This document shows, piece after piece, positions 47,553 to 57,301 of a stretch of 64,000 nucleotides of DNA; within the stretch, counting starts at the first letter, position 1, and the number at the start of each line of letters is the position of its first letter. Where the stretch lies: the sequence record NC_062582.1; one strand, given 5' to 3'. The translations under genes and the position numbers were made by a program. The notes below the pieces were generated by a model, which was given only the letters and a program-made list of their open reading frames with translations, made no database searches and was not told the DNA's origin.

Positions 47553-47984
47553 ATGGCTAAGAAACAAAAGCGGCTTTACAAACTCTCTTTCGATGGTGCT
47601 GTATCGGAAGAATATGAAACCAAGGTTCAGTCTACTGGACCAGGTACGGGTGCTGCTAGTTTCTTTTTCTCGGGAGCTAAGTCACCTGCTATTTTGATCC
47701 ATACTGAAATTGACTGGATGGTTCAGTTGGAACAAACCGGTAAGCTGGAATTTGTCATTGACCGCACTCATGAAGAACGTCGATTCCTGGTTATCCACAA
47801 CGCGGATCGAACAGTCTCGTATCAGATCGAACTCGAAGCTTACTACGTTATTAAAGGTACTGAAGACAAGTTCTTCTTTGAGCTTGAGGAACTGCCATCC
47901 GGTGGTTGGAAAATGACACACTCTCTTGGGCTATTGCCTGAAGGATTGACACAAGCACGCGCATTTATCCTGGAGGCTATCTAA
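47553..47984 (+). CDS. hypothetical protein
   Basis: 143 aa; AAGGA RBS. Confidence 0.7.
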   Translation: MAKKQKRLYKLSFDGAVSEEYETKVQSTGPGTGAASFFFSGAKSPAILIHTEIDWMVQLEQTGKLEFVIDRTHEERRFLVIHNADRTVSYQIELEAYYVIKGTEDKFFFELEELPSGGWKMTHSLGLLPEGLTQARAFILEAI

Positions 47985-48370
47985 TGGAAAATACAGTATT
48001 GAGTGACCGCGGTTTCTTGGGCGGTAAATTTACTGATAACTACGGTAAACCTTGTTCCATCCAAGAATCGTCTGCATGCAGTAGTAATGGCGATGAAGGC
48101 TGGTATATCTGGTTGGGTCTTGACGAAGTTGAAATCCATAAAGATTTAAGGTCTGGTCCTGGTACCCGTGTTTATCTTGATAATAGTCATGACATCTTCT
48201 CGCGTATGCATTTATCTCAAAAGAAGGTAGGTGAGTTGTTACCACACCTAATGTATTTTGCTGCAACCGGTAGTCTCCCAAACGCAGAGCAGTACGCGAA
48301 GTTTGATGAACACCTTACAGCAAATGTACAACCAATTATCAATGGGTTCTTTGACGAAATCAACACATAA
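47984..48370 (+). CDS. conserved phage protein (RGF...CSIQ.SS...IWLG...RMHL family)
   Basis: DRGFLGGKFTDNYGKPCSIQESS, IWLG, RMHLSQKKVGELLPHL..FAATGSL. Confidence 0.7.
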   Translation: MENTVLSDRGFLGGKFTDNYGKPCSIQESSACSSNGDEGWYIWLGLDEVEIHKDLRSGPGTRVYLDNSHDIFSRMHLSQKKVGELLPHLMYFAATGSLPNAEQYAKFDEHLTANVQPIINGFFDEINT

Positions 48371-48379
48371 GAGATCGCT

Positions 48380-48826
48380 ATGGAAAAGCTACTGCGCTAT
48401 GCAACTAATGTTCAACTAGAGACTTACAAGTCCCCTGGTAAGTTTTACGATGCGATGTACTTGCATGAAGAAAGTTATCATGGCGAACAGTTCCTGCCCA
48501 TGCATATTTCAGATGAGTTTAAAGTAGCGTGCGAATCCAAAGATACGTCAGTCTATAAACTCGTTCTTGAAGTAGTATCGAAACATGGTCGCCCGTCTTA
48601 CCATTCGGGTTGGAGCTTTACGCCAAAACTTACTGACTTCTGGATTGGGTTCCTAGGTACTTCATTTGAAGAAGTACACACAGCTGCCCTGAAGTACTGT
48701 GTGGACAATACCGACCATAGTCTCGAACCAACAGTGCACGTACGTGGTAGCTTTAGTCCTACTATTCAACCACTGGTACTTCGTAATAAAACTTACCCAC
48801 ATTACCTGGATGATAAAAATGTTTGA
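48380..48826 (+). CDS. hypothetical protein
   Basis: 148 aa. Confidence 0.7.
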   Translation: MEKLLRYATNVQLETYKSPGKFYDAMYLHEESYHGEQFLPMHISDEFKVACESKDTSVYKLVLEVVSKHGRPSYHSGWSFTPKLTDFWIGFLGTSFEEVHTAALKYCVDNTDHSLEPTVHVRGSFSPTIQPLVLRNKTYPHYLDDKNV

Positions 48827-49238
48827 ATATCACGCTCGTGTACAAGAGATCAACGATCTATTATTGCAATGCAGTTATCTGTACGGCAATCCTACAATAT
48901 TCGCTAAACTGAAATCAGGTACGGTAGATATTGATAACCACACTGTGTTACTCGGTAATAAAAAATATCGTCGTTATCTGTTTGAATACGGTTGTAAGTT
49001 GTATGTCACCATTCAAACGAACGCAGCTGACTTTGGTCGTAATAACCCTTTATTCCAGTCTTCTGTTATTTCGATCTTGGTAAGGCATGAAGGGGAAATG
49101 GTAAATCCATTCCTACCAGCGGATCGACATGTAACCGCCGCAATTCATGATAAAGTGGTTAGTGCACTTGACTTTCTAATTACTAAACTAAAGGAAGAAA
49201 TTAATGAGCCGTTGGGTAGCAATCGTCGGGAGTCGTAA
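48819..49238 (+). CDS. hypothetical protein
   Basis: Start moved to MFEYHAR at 48819. Confidence 0.65.
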   Translation: MFEYHARVQEINDLLLQCSYLYGNPTIFAKLKSGTVDIDNHTVLLGNKKYRRYLFEYGCKLYVTIQTNAADFGRNNPLFQSSVISILVRHEGEMVNPFLPADRHVTAAIHDKVVSALDFLITKLKEEINEPLGSNRRES

Positions 49239-49845
49239 TACACCCGAACCAATTTTAGAATTAATGATCAGACTTGGTCGTACCTACACCGATATGGGTA
49301 TTGGTGATAGTTCTGGCGATGCTTTTGATTCTGACCGTGCTGGATGGTACGGAGCTAAACAATCAAAAGAGTTTGATATTACTGGGTGTCGGATCTTCCT
49401 AAATAAAGGTTTCCGTAATGGACAATCCATTTCGAACTTTCCTGGGTTTATTGACACTCGTTACAACTGTCCTAAAAAGGACATGGCTGAAGCTATGGCC
49501 TTAAAAGCTCGTGGAACGTTCGCTGGGTTGAATGCATGGGGTATTGAGCTACATACCCGTAATGTGTATCAGATCTTTGGATTGAACTTAGACGAGCCTG
49601 TAGAAGCATGTATCTTCTATGCTGAACCAAAACGCAACGACACTGTTAGCGGTGGAACCAACACAGCTTACCAGCTTGCTAAAGAAGGTAAGATTCCGGT
49701 CATTAAGAATCTGTACCTAGAAGAAGACCGTGAATGGGCAAAGCAGTTCTTGGCAGAAAATGAACGTGACTATCCTTATGTCGAAATCAACTGGTATGAG
49801 ATCCACAAGCCTGATGATCCGCGACTCCAAGACTTTGAGGAATAA
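49204..49845 (+). CDS. SLOG/DprA(Smf)-like protein
   Basis: VAIVGSR, SGDAFDSDRAG, RNVYQIFG, SGGTNTAYQLA are SLOG-fold motifs. Confidence 0.75.
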   Translation: MSRWVAIVGSRNTPEPILELMIRLGRTYTDMGIGDSSGDAFDSDRAGWYGAKQSKEFDITGCRIFLNKGFRNGQSISNFPGFIDTRYNCPKKDMAEAMALKARGTFAGLNAWGIELHTRNVYQIFGLNLDEPVEACIFYAEPKRNDTVSGGTNTAYQLAKEGKIPVIKNLYLEEDREWAKQFLAENERDYPYVEINWYEIHKPDDPRLQDFEE

Positions 49846-49848
49846 AGA

Positions 49849-50502
49849 ATGCCATACATTCTAGGCGTAGGAGAAATCCACATTATCGATGATACTAGCA
49901 AAGAGTATCAGTATAAACATATCAGTAATGATAGGTTCTTTGTTATTTATAAGAGCGATTCAAGCAGTGATGATTTCCTTAATAAGGTTATTAAAGATAT
50001 CATTGACAATGATGATAAGCCTTCAACTAAAGCTTCAAATCTGCAAAAGCTTTCGCATATACCGGGTACAGTCATTAATGCGATCTATGTTGATTATGTC
50101 GACCGACGCCGGCCAGATGAAGAACCAGGTGTCACATGGGTATGGAATAGACATTTCGACTGGGTTCATCATGAGTACACTGAAGGTAAACTGAAACAAG
50201 AAGAACTCTCTTCTTACGTTAATAGCCATTTTGGTAAAGTGTATAACGTGAGTAAAGTGCTTGCTGATTACATGGAGTTACACAGTACAACGCTCTGGGT
50301 TTACGACAATGTAAATCATACACACGCACCCAAGACAGAAAGTCTAATCGAAACACAACGGACCGTTATTAAAGCTCAAAATGATCTTGGCTTACTGCCT
50401 GGTAAAATTACAATATACCCAATGCCACGTATTGCTACCGAGGTTATCAATACCCCGTATGGTACCAACCCAGGTGACTATCAAGAAGGTTTTAAATTTT
50501 AA
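49849..50502 (+). CDS. hypothetical protein
   Basis: 217 aa; GAGGA RBS. Confidence 0.7.
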   Translation: MPYILGVGEIHIIDDTSKEYQYKHISNDRFFVIYKSDSSSDDFLNKVIKDIIDNDDKPSTKASNLQKLSHIPGTVINAIYVDYVDRRRPDEEPGVTWVWNRHFDWVHHEYTEGKLKQEELSSYVNSHFGKVYNVSKVLADYMELHSTTLWVYDNVNHTHAPKTESLIETQRTVIKAQNDLGLLPGKITIYPMPRIATEVINTPYGTNPGDYQEGFKF

Positions 50503-50550
50503 CAAATACCGAGTCGGCTAATGCTCTGTATTTATAACGGAGCATTCAAG

Positions 50551-50997
50551 ATGACTTGGGAAACAACAGCTAATGGTAAAACGTGGACTCACCGACAAGA
50601 AGGGTTTCAATCGCTTGACGAAAAGAAAACCCAACGTAAGGGTAAAGTAGCTACACGTTCTATGGAAGTCAAGAAAGGTGTCTACATTCTAGATCATCGT
50701 CCTACAGGTCTATTCATTGTGGGTAGTTCTGATGATGTGAGTCGTGAAGTAGATAACCACTTGGCTATCCTCCAGGCTGGACAACATAAATGTAAAAAGC
50801 TCCAAAGACAGTACGCTGGAGAACCAATCCTCCTGGTGACTGAACTTGAAGCTAATTCTGAAAAGGCAATTCGAAAAGTTATTAAGGAAATCAAAGAAAC
50901 CAATACAACAGACTACTGTTTGTTAGCTGAGGTAAAACACAATGACTATTTCCCGAGTGGTAAAACGAAGCCTGCTAAACCAGTGGGTAGAAAGTAA
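50551..50997 (+). CDS. GIY-YIG-like protein (degenerate)
   Basis: KGVYILDH..LFIVGSS..SREVDNH..HKCKKLQRQY pattern. Confidence 0.55.
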   Translation: MTWETTANGKTWTHRQEGFQSLDEKKTQRKGKVATRSMEVKKGVYILDHRPTGLFIVGSSDDVSREVDNHLAILQAGQHKCKKLQRQYAGEPILLVTELEANSEKAIRKVIKEIKETNTTDYCLLAEVKHNDYFPSGKTKPAKPVGRK

Positions 50998-51340
50998 AGC
51001 TGCAAAGACCTACACTAATAAAGAAACCGTCGATGCGATCATGCATGCGGTATATCTGCATTCTGTGGAGTTGTCCTACGAAACCCAAACTCCTGAATAT
51101 GTATTCGTACGTATTGAACAGACAGTCAAAGATAAACTACGTGATATGCCTTGGGCAGTATCCGGTGGTTCTTTGACCAATGCTTCGCCGAAGACACAGA
51201 TTGGGTTGATGCGCTATAACTCTCTAAAGTCAATGCCACATATCAAAGAACGTGACGTGGTGTATCATGACCCGACTGTTACAATCGATGATAACGGTAA
51301 CTATATCACTCTGACAATCAATACTTCCTGCGAGGCTTAA
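50942..51340 (+). CDS. hypothetical protein
   Basis: 132 aa; start uncertain. Confidence 0.6.
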   Translation: MTISRVVKRSLLNQWVESKAAKTYTNKETVDAIMHAVYLHSVELSYETQTPEYVFVRIEQTVKDKLRDMPWAVSGGSLTNASPKTQIGLMRYNSLKSMPHIKERDVVYHDPTVTIDDNGNYITLTINTSCEA

Positions 51341-51341
51341 A

Positions 51342-51656
51342 ATGGGTTCTATTGTTATTTCCGGTATTTATGTTGCCCGCCTGAAACGACTGAAAGGTGG
51401 TAAGGTTATTAACCGTTCAGTTCGTCGTATTAAACATCGCGGGGTAGTGCAGAATGATCTTGGTAGCACTAACTGGTCCACCTGGGTGGATAACAGTAAA
51501 GTCTATGCTCGACTGGGTGGCGATCTTGACGTTACTACAGGTGAGTTTAAAATCAATCCAGATAAGACTAATCTCTTTGAATTGAAAACACCATATCTGC
51601 GGAAGGGTTTCAAAACAATCATTGGTATTGACATCACAGCGGTGTACTCTCATTGA
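51342..51656 (+). CDS. hypothetical basic protein
   Basis: 104 aa; GAGG RBS. Confidence 0.65.
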   Translation: MGSIVISGIYVARLKRLKGGKVINRSVRRIKHRGVVQNDLGSTNWSTWVDNSKVYARLGGDLDVTTGEFKINPDKTNLFELKTPYLRKGFKTIIGIDITAVYSH

Positions 51657-51811
51657 AAACTGGTAACTCTAAACTGTTCCGTAAGTTGGCTATCAATCGT
51701 CGATCGAATCGTATTGACTCCACGGCTAAATCCAATGTTGAAAAAGACTGCACGATTAAACCCGTCGCTAACTATTGGAAAGCCACTACTATTAAAGGTG
51801 ATTTGAAATGA
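51653..51811 (+). CDS. 52-aa basic hypothetical protein
   Basis: Read by eye; TTG start overlaps the upstream stop and TGA overlaps the downstream ATG, exactly filling the gap. Confidence 0.45.
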   Translation: MKTGNSKLFRKLAINRRSNRIDSTAKSNVEKDCTIKPVANYWKATTIKGDLK

Positions 51812-52179
51812 CCACAGACCTGGGTTTTCCAGAAGATCAACCACGCGAAGAATATATTCAGAATGGTGGGAGCGCATTACTGTACGATTGGCGCAAACTT
51901 AGTTTTGCCGAACATCTTTTAGAAATAAAGAAAGACATGGTCGCTAATCTAGAACCGGAACAAAAGAGTTTTAGTCTTAAAGAAGTTGATGAACTACTGA
52001 ATAGAGCTTTTATTAATGTTCAACATCTTATTCAAGGAGATGGACCGCATCTCGGTAAGTTTCAACTAAAACGGTATATCGGTGAACTTAAAGATGATGG
52101 GAATAAATCCTTTCTTTTGACCCGTGAACGTTATGAACATGTCGACCCAGAAGAATACTACGCTCTGATAAATAACTAA
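51808..52179 (+). CDS. hypothetical protein
   Basis: 123 aa. Confidence 0.65.
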   Translation: MTTDLGFPEDQPREEYIQNGGSALLYDWRKLSFAEHLLEIKKDMVANLEPEQKSFSLKEVDELLNRAFINVQHLIQGDGPHLGKFQLKRYIGELKDDGNKSFLLTRERYEHVDPEEYYALINN

Positions 52180-52191
52180 AAGGCTACCACA

Positions 52192-52530
52192 ATGACTATT
52201 TCTGCATACACTCAACTGGTACAAGATACATTAAAGCCTTTGGTAAGTACCGCTTACAACCTGAATTATAAAAACGTATCCCATCCCCCAGAACGGGTTT
52301 GGTGTCAAGATGGCAATACAGGTATCACTATTTATCCGAACGGTTTAGATTATACTAAGGATGGTCTAACGAAAGCAGTTAAGTGGGAACTGATTAACGA
52401 CACTGTGGCAAATGTGACCTTCCCGTATGAGGATAGTCTTTTTGAACTAATCAATTTCCTTAAAGTGTATTTGTTTGGTGCGACCTTTCTAAATATAGCC
52501 AAAAAGAAACTAGAGGTACAGAATGATTGA
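52192..52530 (+). CDS. hypothetical protein
   Basis: 112 aa. Confidence 0.65.
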   Translation: MTISAYTQLVQDTLKPLVSTAYNLNYKNVSHPPERVWCQDGNTGITIYPNGLDYTKDGLTKAVKWELINDTVANVTFPYEDSLFELINFLKVYLFGATFLNIAKKKLEVQND

Positions 52531-52984
52531 TACTACAAAACCGTGGTTTCCTCAGGACTACACACTTGAAGAAGTTCTTGCCATTTGTAAGAAACAAGCA
52601 TTCGAGTCTGATGAAAACTATAAAGATCGTCTAGCTATTGTAGAACGAGATTATAACGATCGTGCGCGAGGGGTTGCAGGTATCTTTGATGACCTCCGTC
52701 GTAATGTCGTTAAACAGATCGACCTACTCAATAAAGAAGGTCCACTTGACCTAGCCAAGGTACAGCGTGATGTAGATTGTATTGTAGCTAACGCTCTTTA
52801 CAAACTGGAAGGCGGTTCTATTCAAGATACTAAGTTCGTGGTGATGGAATACGCTGTACCTGTATTCAATCGTGATGCTCCGCCAAATTATGAATGTCAT
52901 ACTACCCTTAAAGAAGAAACGCGTCATGCTTCTGCGTTAGGTGGCACCATCATGGAAAAGTATTGGGACATGGTAAACACTTAA
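52523..52984 (+). CDS. hypothetical protein
   Basis: 153 aa; GAGGT RBS. Confidence 0.7.
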   Translation: MIDTTKPWFPQDYTLEEVLAICKKQAFESDENYKDRLAIVERDYNDRARGVAGIFDDLRRNVVKQIDLLNKEGPLDLAKVQRDVDCIVANALYKLEGGSIQDTKFVVMEYAVPVFNRDAPPNYECHTTLKEETRHASALGGTIMEKYWDMVNT

Positions 52985-53032
52985 TACTGACAAGCCTTAT
53001 AATGTACCAATAATCAAATCAGGTAAATCCAA

Positions 53033-53659
53033 ATGTCAGTAATGTCAGATAGAACCCTAAGGGAGTTTCACTGTGGAGATGATCCGATCTTTGTACCGTA
53101 TGTTGAGAACTCGATTAAGTATAACGAAGAAGGTCGACGCATTACATCTTACGGCACAAGTTCCTACGGCTATGACCTCCGAGCAGCAGGGGAGTTTAAA
53201 CTTTTCTGTCCTCCTAAACCTAGAAAATGGTACCAACGTATCATCGATCGAATTAGTGGACGTGCATGTGATCAAACAATTGACTGGCACGACATCACTG
53301 AGGATATGTTTGAGAGCTACGTCGGAGATTCCATTGTCGTCCCTCCAGGAGGTTTCCTGCTCGCTCGCTCCCTCGAAAGAGTAAAGATCCCTCGTGGTTG
53401 GTTAGCTTTGTGTATTGGCAAGTCCACAGTAGCTCGTGCGGGCTGGCAGTGTCTGTGTACGCCAATCGAACCCGAGTGGGAAGGTTACATTACCTACGAG
53501 TTCCAGAACACAACCAATCGACCAAACAAGTTCTTTGCTAACGAAGGCGTATTGCAATTGGTTCTCTTTAAGGGTGACCAAGAATGTGAGGTCTCCTATG
53601 GTGACCGTGATGGTAAATATAACAACCAACCACCACAGATTGTTCTCCCACGTGTATGA
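53033..53659 (+). CDS. dcd: dCTP deaminase
   Basis: SYGTSSYGYDLR, CIGKSTVARAG, PIEPEWEGYITYEF, YANEG-like FANEGVLQL, GKYNNQ. Confidence 0.92.
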   Translation: MSVMSDRTLREFHCGDDPIFVPYVENSIKYNEEGRRITSYGTSSYGYDLRAAGEFKLFCPPKPRKWYQRIIDRISGRACDQTIDWHDITEDMFESYVGDSIVVPPGGFLLARSLERVKIPRGWLALCIGKSTVARAGWQCLCTPIEPEWEGYITYEFQNTTNRPNKFFANEGVLQLVLFKGDQECEVSYGDRDGKYNNQPPQIVLPRV

Positions 53660-53665
53660 CTAATT

Positions 53666-53691
53666 GGTAGCTCGTAAGGGCTACCTTTTAT
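53666..53691 (+). terminator. intrinsic terminator
   Basis: GGTAGCTC-GTAA-GGGCTACC plus TTTTT. Confidence 0.8.
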
Positions 53692-53717
53692 AACGTATTT
53701 TTTTGATAGGTGGTTAA

Positions 53718-54317
53718 ATGCATTACATTCAATTTAGAAAAGGTATTCCAGTAGAAGTCCATAAGTTTGAAAACCTTAGCGATTATGAAAGTAATTTCTA
53801 TATATGGACACCGCCTGAAGCAAGTTATCATTACGAGTACTTAAATGGTAAACGCGGTGAATTTATTTATGCCTTCTTATTCCAACTTACCGATCAAGAA
53901 AAACAAGATCGAATTATTAAGGGCGGTCGTTGGCCTGAACGTTTGGATGCGGCAATCATCACACTAGAACTTATCTTTGAAAAGGAGCGTCGTGAGTACG
54001 GCGGTATCATCCGTAGGGCGTTTAAAACACGCGCACCATTTTACATGGTAACTAATGAAGGTGTCTTCGATGAACGTGCTGTGTCTGGTGGCTATACGTG
54101 TAAATACGATATTACCTTAGGTGATCATAAATCGGTTATCGCTTCGACATACGTTGATGCGATTGCTGAGAAACGCACGGGAACTCATTTGGAAAACACT
54201 GCCTACGCACTGGGTACAAATGTACTAGGTGATTACATGTATGTTAAAACACCAAAATGGTACAGCAAAGCGGTTGAACTCTACGGGATAAAGAATAATG
54301 AGAGTACAGACTTGTAA
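53718..54317 (+). CDS. hypothetical protein
   Basis: 199 aa; AGGTGG RBS. Confidence 0.7.
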   Translation: MHYIQFRKGIPVEVHKFENLSDYESNFYIWTPPEASYHYEYLNGKRGEFIYAFLFQLTDQEKQDRIIKGGRWPERLDAAIITLELIFEKERREYGGIIRRAFKTRAPFYMVTNEGVFDERAVSGGYTCKYDITLGDHKSVIASTYVDAIAEKRTGTHLENTAYALGTNVLGDYMYVKTPKWYSKAVELYGIKNNESTDL

Positions 54318-55296
54318 TCTGGGTGTAAAAGGGCGTTATGCAGAGATCCAAGATGAACTTCATCGTGCTCAGGTAATGTACCATGTGTTTAAAGAACCTA
54401 TTATTTCAGACATGCGTTATGACGCATTGGTTCGAGAATCCGTACAGTTGTTGAAAGAACACCCTGATGTAAAAGAAGGTAAACTGTTGGCTCGTCCAAT
54501 AGGAGACCAAATCTTATCACAGGGTAAGATTGTTCGTCATGACTTTCCTATGTTACAACTCAATCGTAAACATGAATTAGCTGGATTGATTTCCTGGTTG
54601 AAGATTCTACCACCTGACGCAACGGTAGATATTCAAGTACGTCATACCGGTGTTGAAGTTGATCTGATTTATATTGACGGTAAACTCCATCGTGCCATTA
54701 CCGCAGGTGATGGCTTGTTAGGTAATGACGTTACCATTAACATGTATTGTGTTGGTCAGGCTCAGAGTTCTATTTCCTTGGAAGGACGAACAGTAATTCG
54801 TGGCGTAGTGACAACTAAGACGATGGTGGTTAATAAAGGTGGCGAAGTAGTAGGGTTATCAGGTATTGACCTAAAGCAGCACGTACTGACACAACTGCAC
54901 AAAGTTCTCCCCGACGACCGCTATACAGATCTTATCTTCATCGCCCATTCGATTTATAACCCAACAGAGCAACACGCAAATTGGGAAGGTTGGGACCTGG
55001 TCTTACGTTACAATGGTTTCATGGTACCAAAATGTTACGGACGTGGTTTTAAAGCTGGCATCTATGAACCTGGTCATTGGGAGGAAATCTTAGATAAGAT
55101 TCAAAACCGTATCAGTACAAACAGTTCGTACATTTCTGCCTTTAAAGGACTGGTGTTTAAAGTCCAAGAAATGGAACACCGTTATGACTTAGGATATACA
55201 TCACGGTTCCCTGAGTGGGCCATTGCATACATACCACCAAAAGGATTCACGAATGACCCACAAGAAACGACATCAGGAACTGTGTGCGCAGATTAA
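54298..55296 (+). CDS. catalytically degenerate NAD-dependent DNA ligase adenylation-domain paralogue
   Basis: Ia domain (MYH..KEPIISDMRYDAL), AIT.GDG..GNDVT, KGLVFKV, SRFPEWAIAY; motif I KxDG is replaced by RHTG; no OB/Zn/HhH/BRCT domains. Confidence 0.75.
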   Translation: MRVQTCNLGVKGRYAEIQDELHRAQVMYHVFKEPIISDMRYDALVRESVQLLKEHPDVKEGKLLARPIGDQILSQGKIVRHDFPMLQLNRKHELAGLISWLKILPPDATVDIQVRHTGVEVDLIYIDGKLHRAITAGDGLLGNDVTINMYCVGQAQSSISLEGRTVIRGVVTTKTMVVNKGGEVVGLSGIDLKQHVLTQLHKVLPDDRYTDLIFIAHSIYNPTEQHANWEGWDLVLRYNGFMVPKCYGRGFKAGIYEPGHWEEILDKIQNRISTNSSYISAFKGLVFKVQEMEHRYDLGYTSRFPEWAIAYIPPKGFTNDPQETTSGTVCAD

Positions 55297-57289
55297 TGAC
55301 CTGAACAAAGCGTATTACGTTAATAATGAAAGTAAGGTACCGGATGCAGTTTTCGATCAAATGTTCCAAGAACTTAAAGCGATTGAAAAAGATCATCCGG
55401 ATCTTGTCACGCCCGTATCGCCGACACAACGAGTTGGCTTTATGGCAGCACGTCATTTTACTAAAGTTACTCATCCTTTTCCAATGCTTAGTCTGGGGAA
55501 TACTTTCTCAGCCAGCGAACTAATTGAATGGATCAGTACCATTCCTTTACAACAACCAGTTGGTCCAGGTCGTGAAGATATCCTGGGCGAACTCAAACTT
55601 GATGGAGCTTCTCTTGAACTTATATACGAAGGCGGTTTACTTACTAAAGCAGTTACCCGCGGCGATGGAAATATCGGTGAAGATGTTACTCTTAACGCTT
55701 TGGGTATTGACGGCGTTGTGCGCGATCTTAGGGATCGTCCTGAGTTTGTCATTGTTGTACGTGGTGAAGTGGTTGTCAAGGGAAAAGTTTTCGATCGAGT
55801 CAACGCTGACTTGGTCGCATCTGGGAAAGAGCCTTATGTCAACCAACGTAATTACGCTTCCGGTGCGCTACGCCAGAAAGATCCTGAAATTACAAAAGCG
55901 CGAGAGCTGACGTTCATTTCTTATTCGGTAGATTTCATGCTGCCTGAAGATGATGAACAACACCTTCCCTCAATTGAGAAAGCTAGGTGGTGGTCACATG
56001 ATCGCGGGTTCTATAACTCGCCATGTCAGGGACAACATGTTGATGCACCGATCGAAAAATGGGAAGAGTTCCTAAAATCCCAAGAGAAGATCCGTGCTGA
56101 AGGGTTATGGGAATATGACATCGATGGTTTGGTATTCAAAGTAAACTGCCGTCGTGCACGATTGGCTATGGGTTTCAATAGCCGTGAACCTAAATGGGCA
56201 ACCGCTTATAAGTTCCCAGCTTCGGAAGGTATGTCTGTATTAGAAGACATCACAATCCAAGTAGGGCGTACAGGTCAGTTAACTCCTGTAGCTGAGGTTC
56301 GTCCAGTGTTTATCCATGGTACTACTATCTCCCGTGTAACTTTGCACAACATCGATGAGATTGAACGCCTGGGTGTTGGTATCGGTTCTGATATCATCAT
56401 TAAACGTGCTGGTGATGTGATCCCTAAGATCGTGTCTACCATTGGTGAGATGCCGATCGAGAAGCGGTATAAATTCCCCACTGCATGTCCGTGCTGTAAT
56501 AGCAAGACATACACTGAGGTCGGTGCTTTAGGTAGTCGTACGATCTTCTGTTCTAACCAAGACTGTCCTGATCAGGTTAAGATGCACTTGGCTCACTGTG
56601 CAGGTCGTGGAGTTTACAATATCCTCGGTTTGGGCATAGAAACTATTGTAAATCTATATAACCTCTGTGGCTTCAAATCTAAGCGTGATCACATTCGTCT
56701 ACTGACTCTGTCAAAGGCTGACTTGCTCACTAGTGGGCTTTCGGAACACCAAGCAGATAAGTTACTGGGTGTAATTGAAAAGGCCCGTAAGATCCCTCTG
56801 GAGCGCCTGATCAGTAGTTTCGGTATCTCTGGTGTATCGGAAGGTACTTCGGAAAACCTAGCTGCCATCTTCGGCACGTTTGAGTCACTACTCCACGCAA
56901 CTTATGAAGAGTTGTTTGAAGTAGATAAGGTGGGTAAGGTAACAGCGAATAGTATCTTGGAATTCTTTGACACTTATAAAGACGAAGGTTTCTACGATCA
57001 GTACATTCAACAACTGGAGATCACTAACCCGCCTCCACGCAATTCGTTGTTGAAAGGTAAGTCAGTTATGATTACCGGTAGTATGTTTGGTGATATGACA
57101 CGCAAAGGTATCACAGCTTACTACAAGACCCTGTCGGCTTCTGTGACGAGTTCTGTAACCTCGAACACACATATGGCACTGTTTGGTACTAAGTACACCG
57201 GGCACAAGTTACAGACAGCCAAAGAACTAAAGATCCCTTACAAGATCTTTGATGAGACTGGCGTAATTGAAGACACCGTTAATATCTAA
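55253..57289 (+). CDS. ligA: NAD-dependent DNA ligase
   Basis: HPFPMLSL, ELKLDG, TRGDG, RGEV, NQRNYASG, DGLVFK, PKWATAYKF, Cys4 zinc finger, HhH repeats, BRCT-like C-terminus; start at 55253 (AAGGA RBS). Confidence 0.93.
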   Translation: MTHKKRHQELCAQINDLNKAYYVNNESKVPDAVFDQMFQELKAIEKDHPDLVTPVSPTQRVGFMAARHFTKVTHPFPMLSLGNTFSASELIEWISTIPLQQPVGPGREDILGELKLDGASLELIYEGGLLTKAVTRGDGNIGEDVTLNALGIDGVVRDLRDRPEFVIVVRGEVVVKGKVFDRVNADLVASGKEPYVNQRNYASGALRQKDPEITKARELTFISYSVDFMLPEDDEQHLPSIEKARWWSHDRGFYNSPCQGQHVDAPIEKWEEFLKSQEKIRAEGLWEYDIDGLVFKVNCRRARLAMGFNSREPKWATAYKFPASEGMSVLEDITIQVGRTGQLTPVAEVRPVFIHGTTISRVTLHNIDEIERLGVGIGSDIIIKRAGDVIPKIVSTIGEMPIEKRYKFPTACPCCNSKTYTEVGALGSRTIFCSNQDCPDQVKMHLAHCAGRGVYNILGLGIETIVNLYNLCGFKSKRDHIRLLTLSKADLLTSGLSEHQADKLLGVIEKARKIPLERLISSFGISGVSEGTSENLAAIFGTFESLLHATYEELFEVDKVGKVTANSILEFFDTYKDEGFYDQYIQQLEITNPPPRNSLLKGKSVMITGSMFGDMTRKGITAYYKTLSASVTSSVTSNTHMALFGTKYTGHKLQTAKELKIPYKIFDETGVIEDTVNI

Positions 57290-57301
57290 GAGGACGACGT
57301 A

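Noticed and set aside
51604-51660. GGGTTTC slippery-like heptamer near the end of 51342-51656
   Set aside because: The -1 frame meets a TGA within a few codons, so no extended product results.
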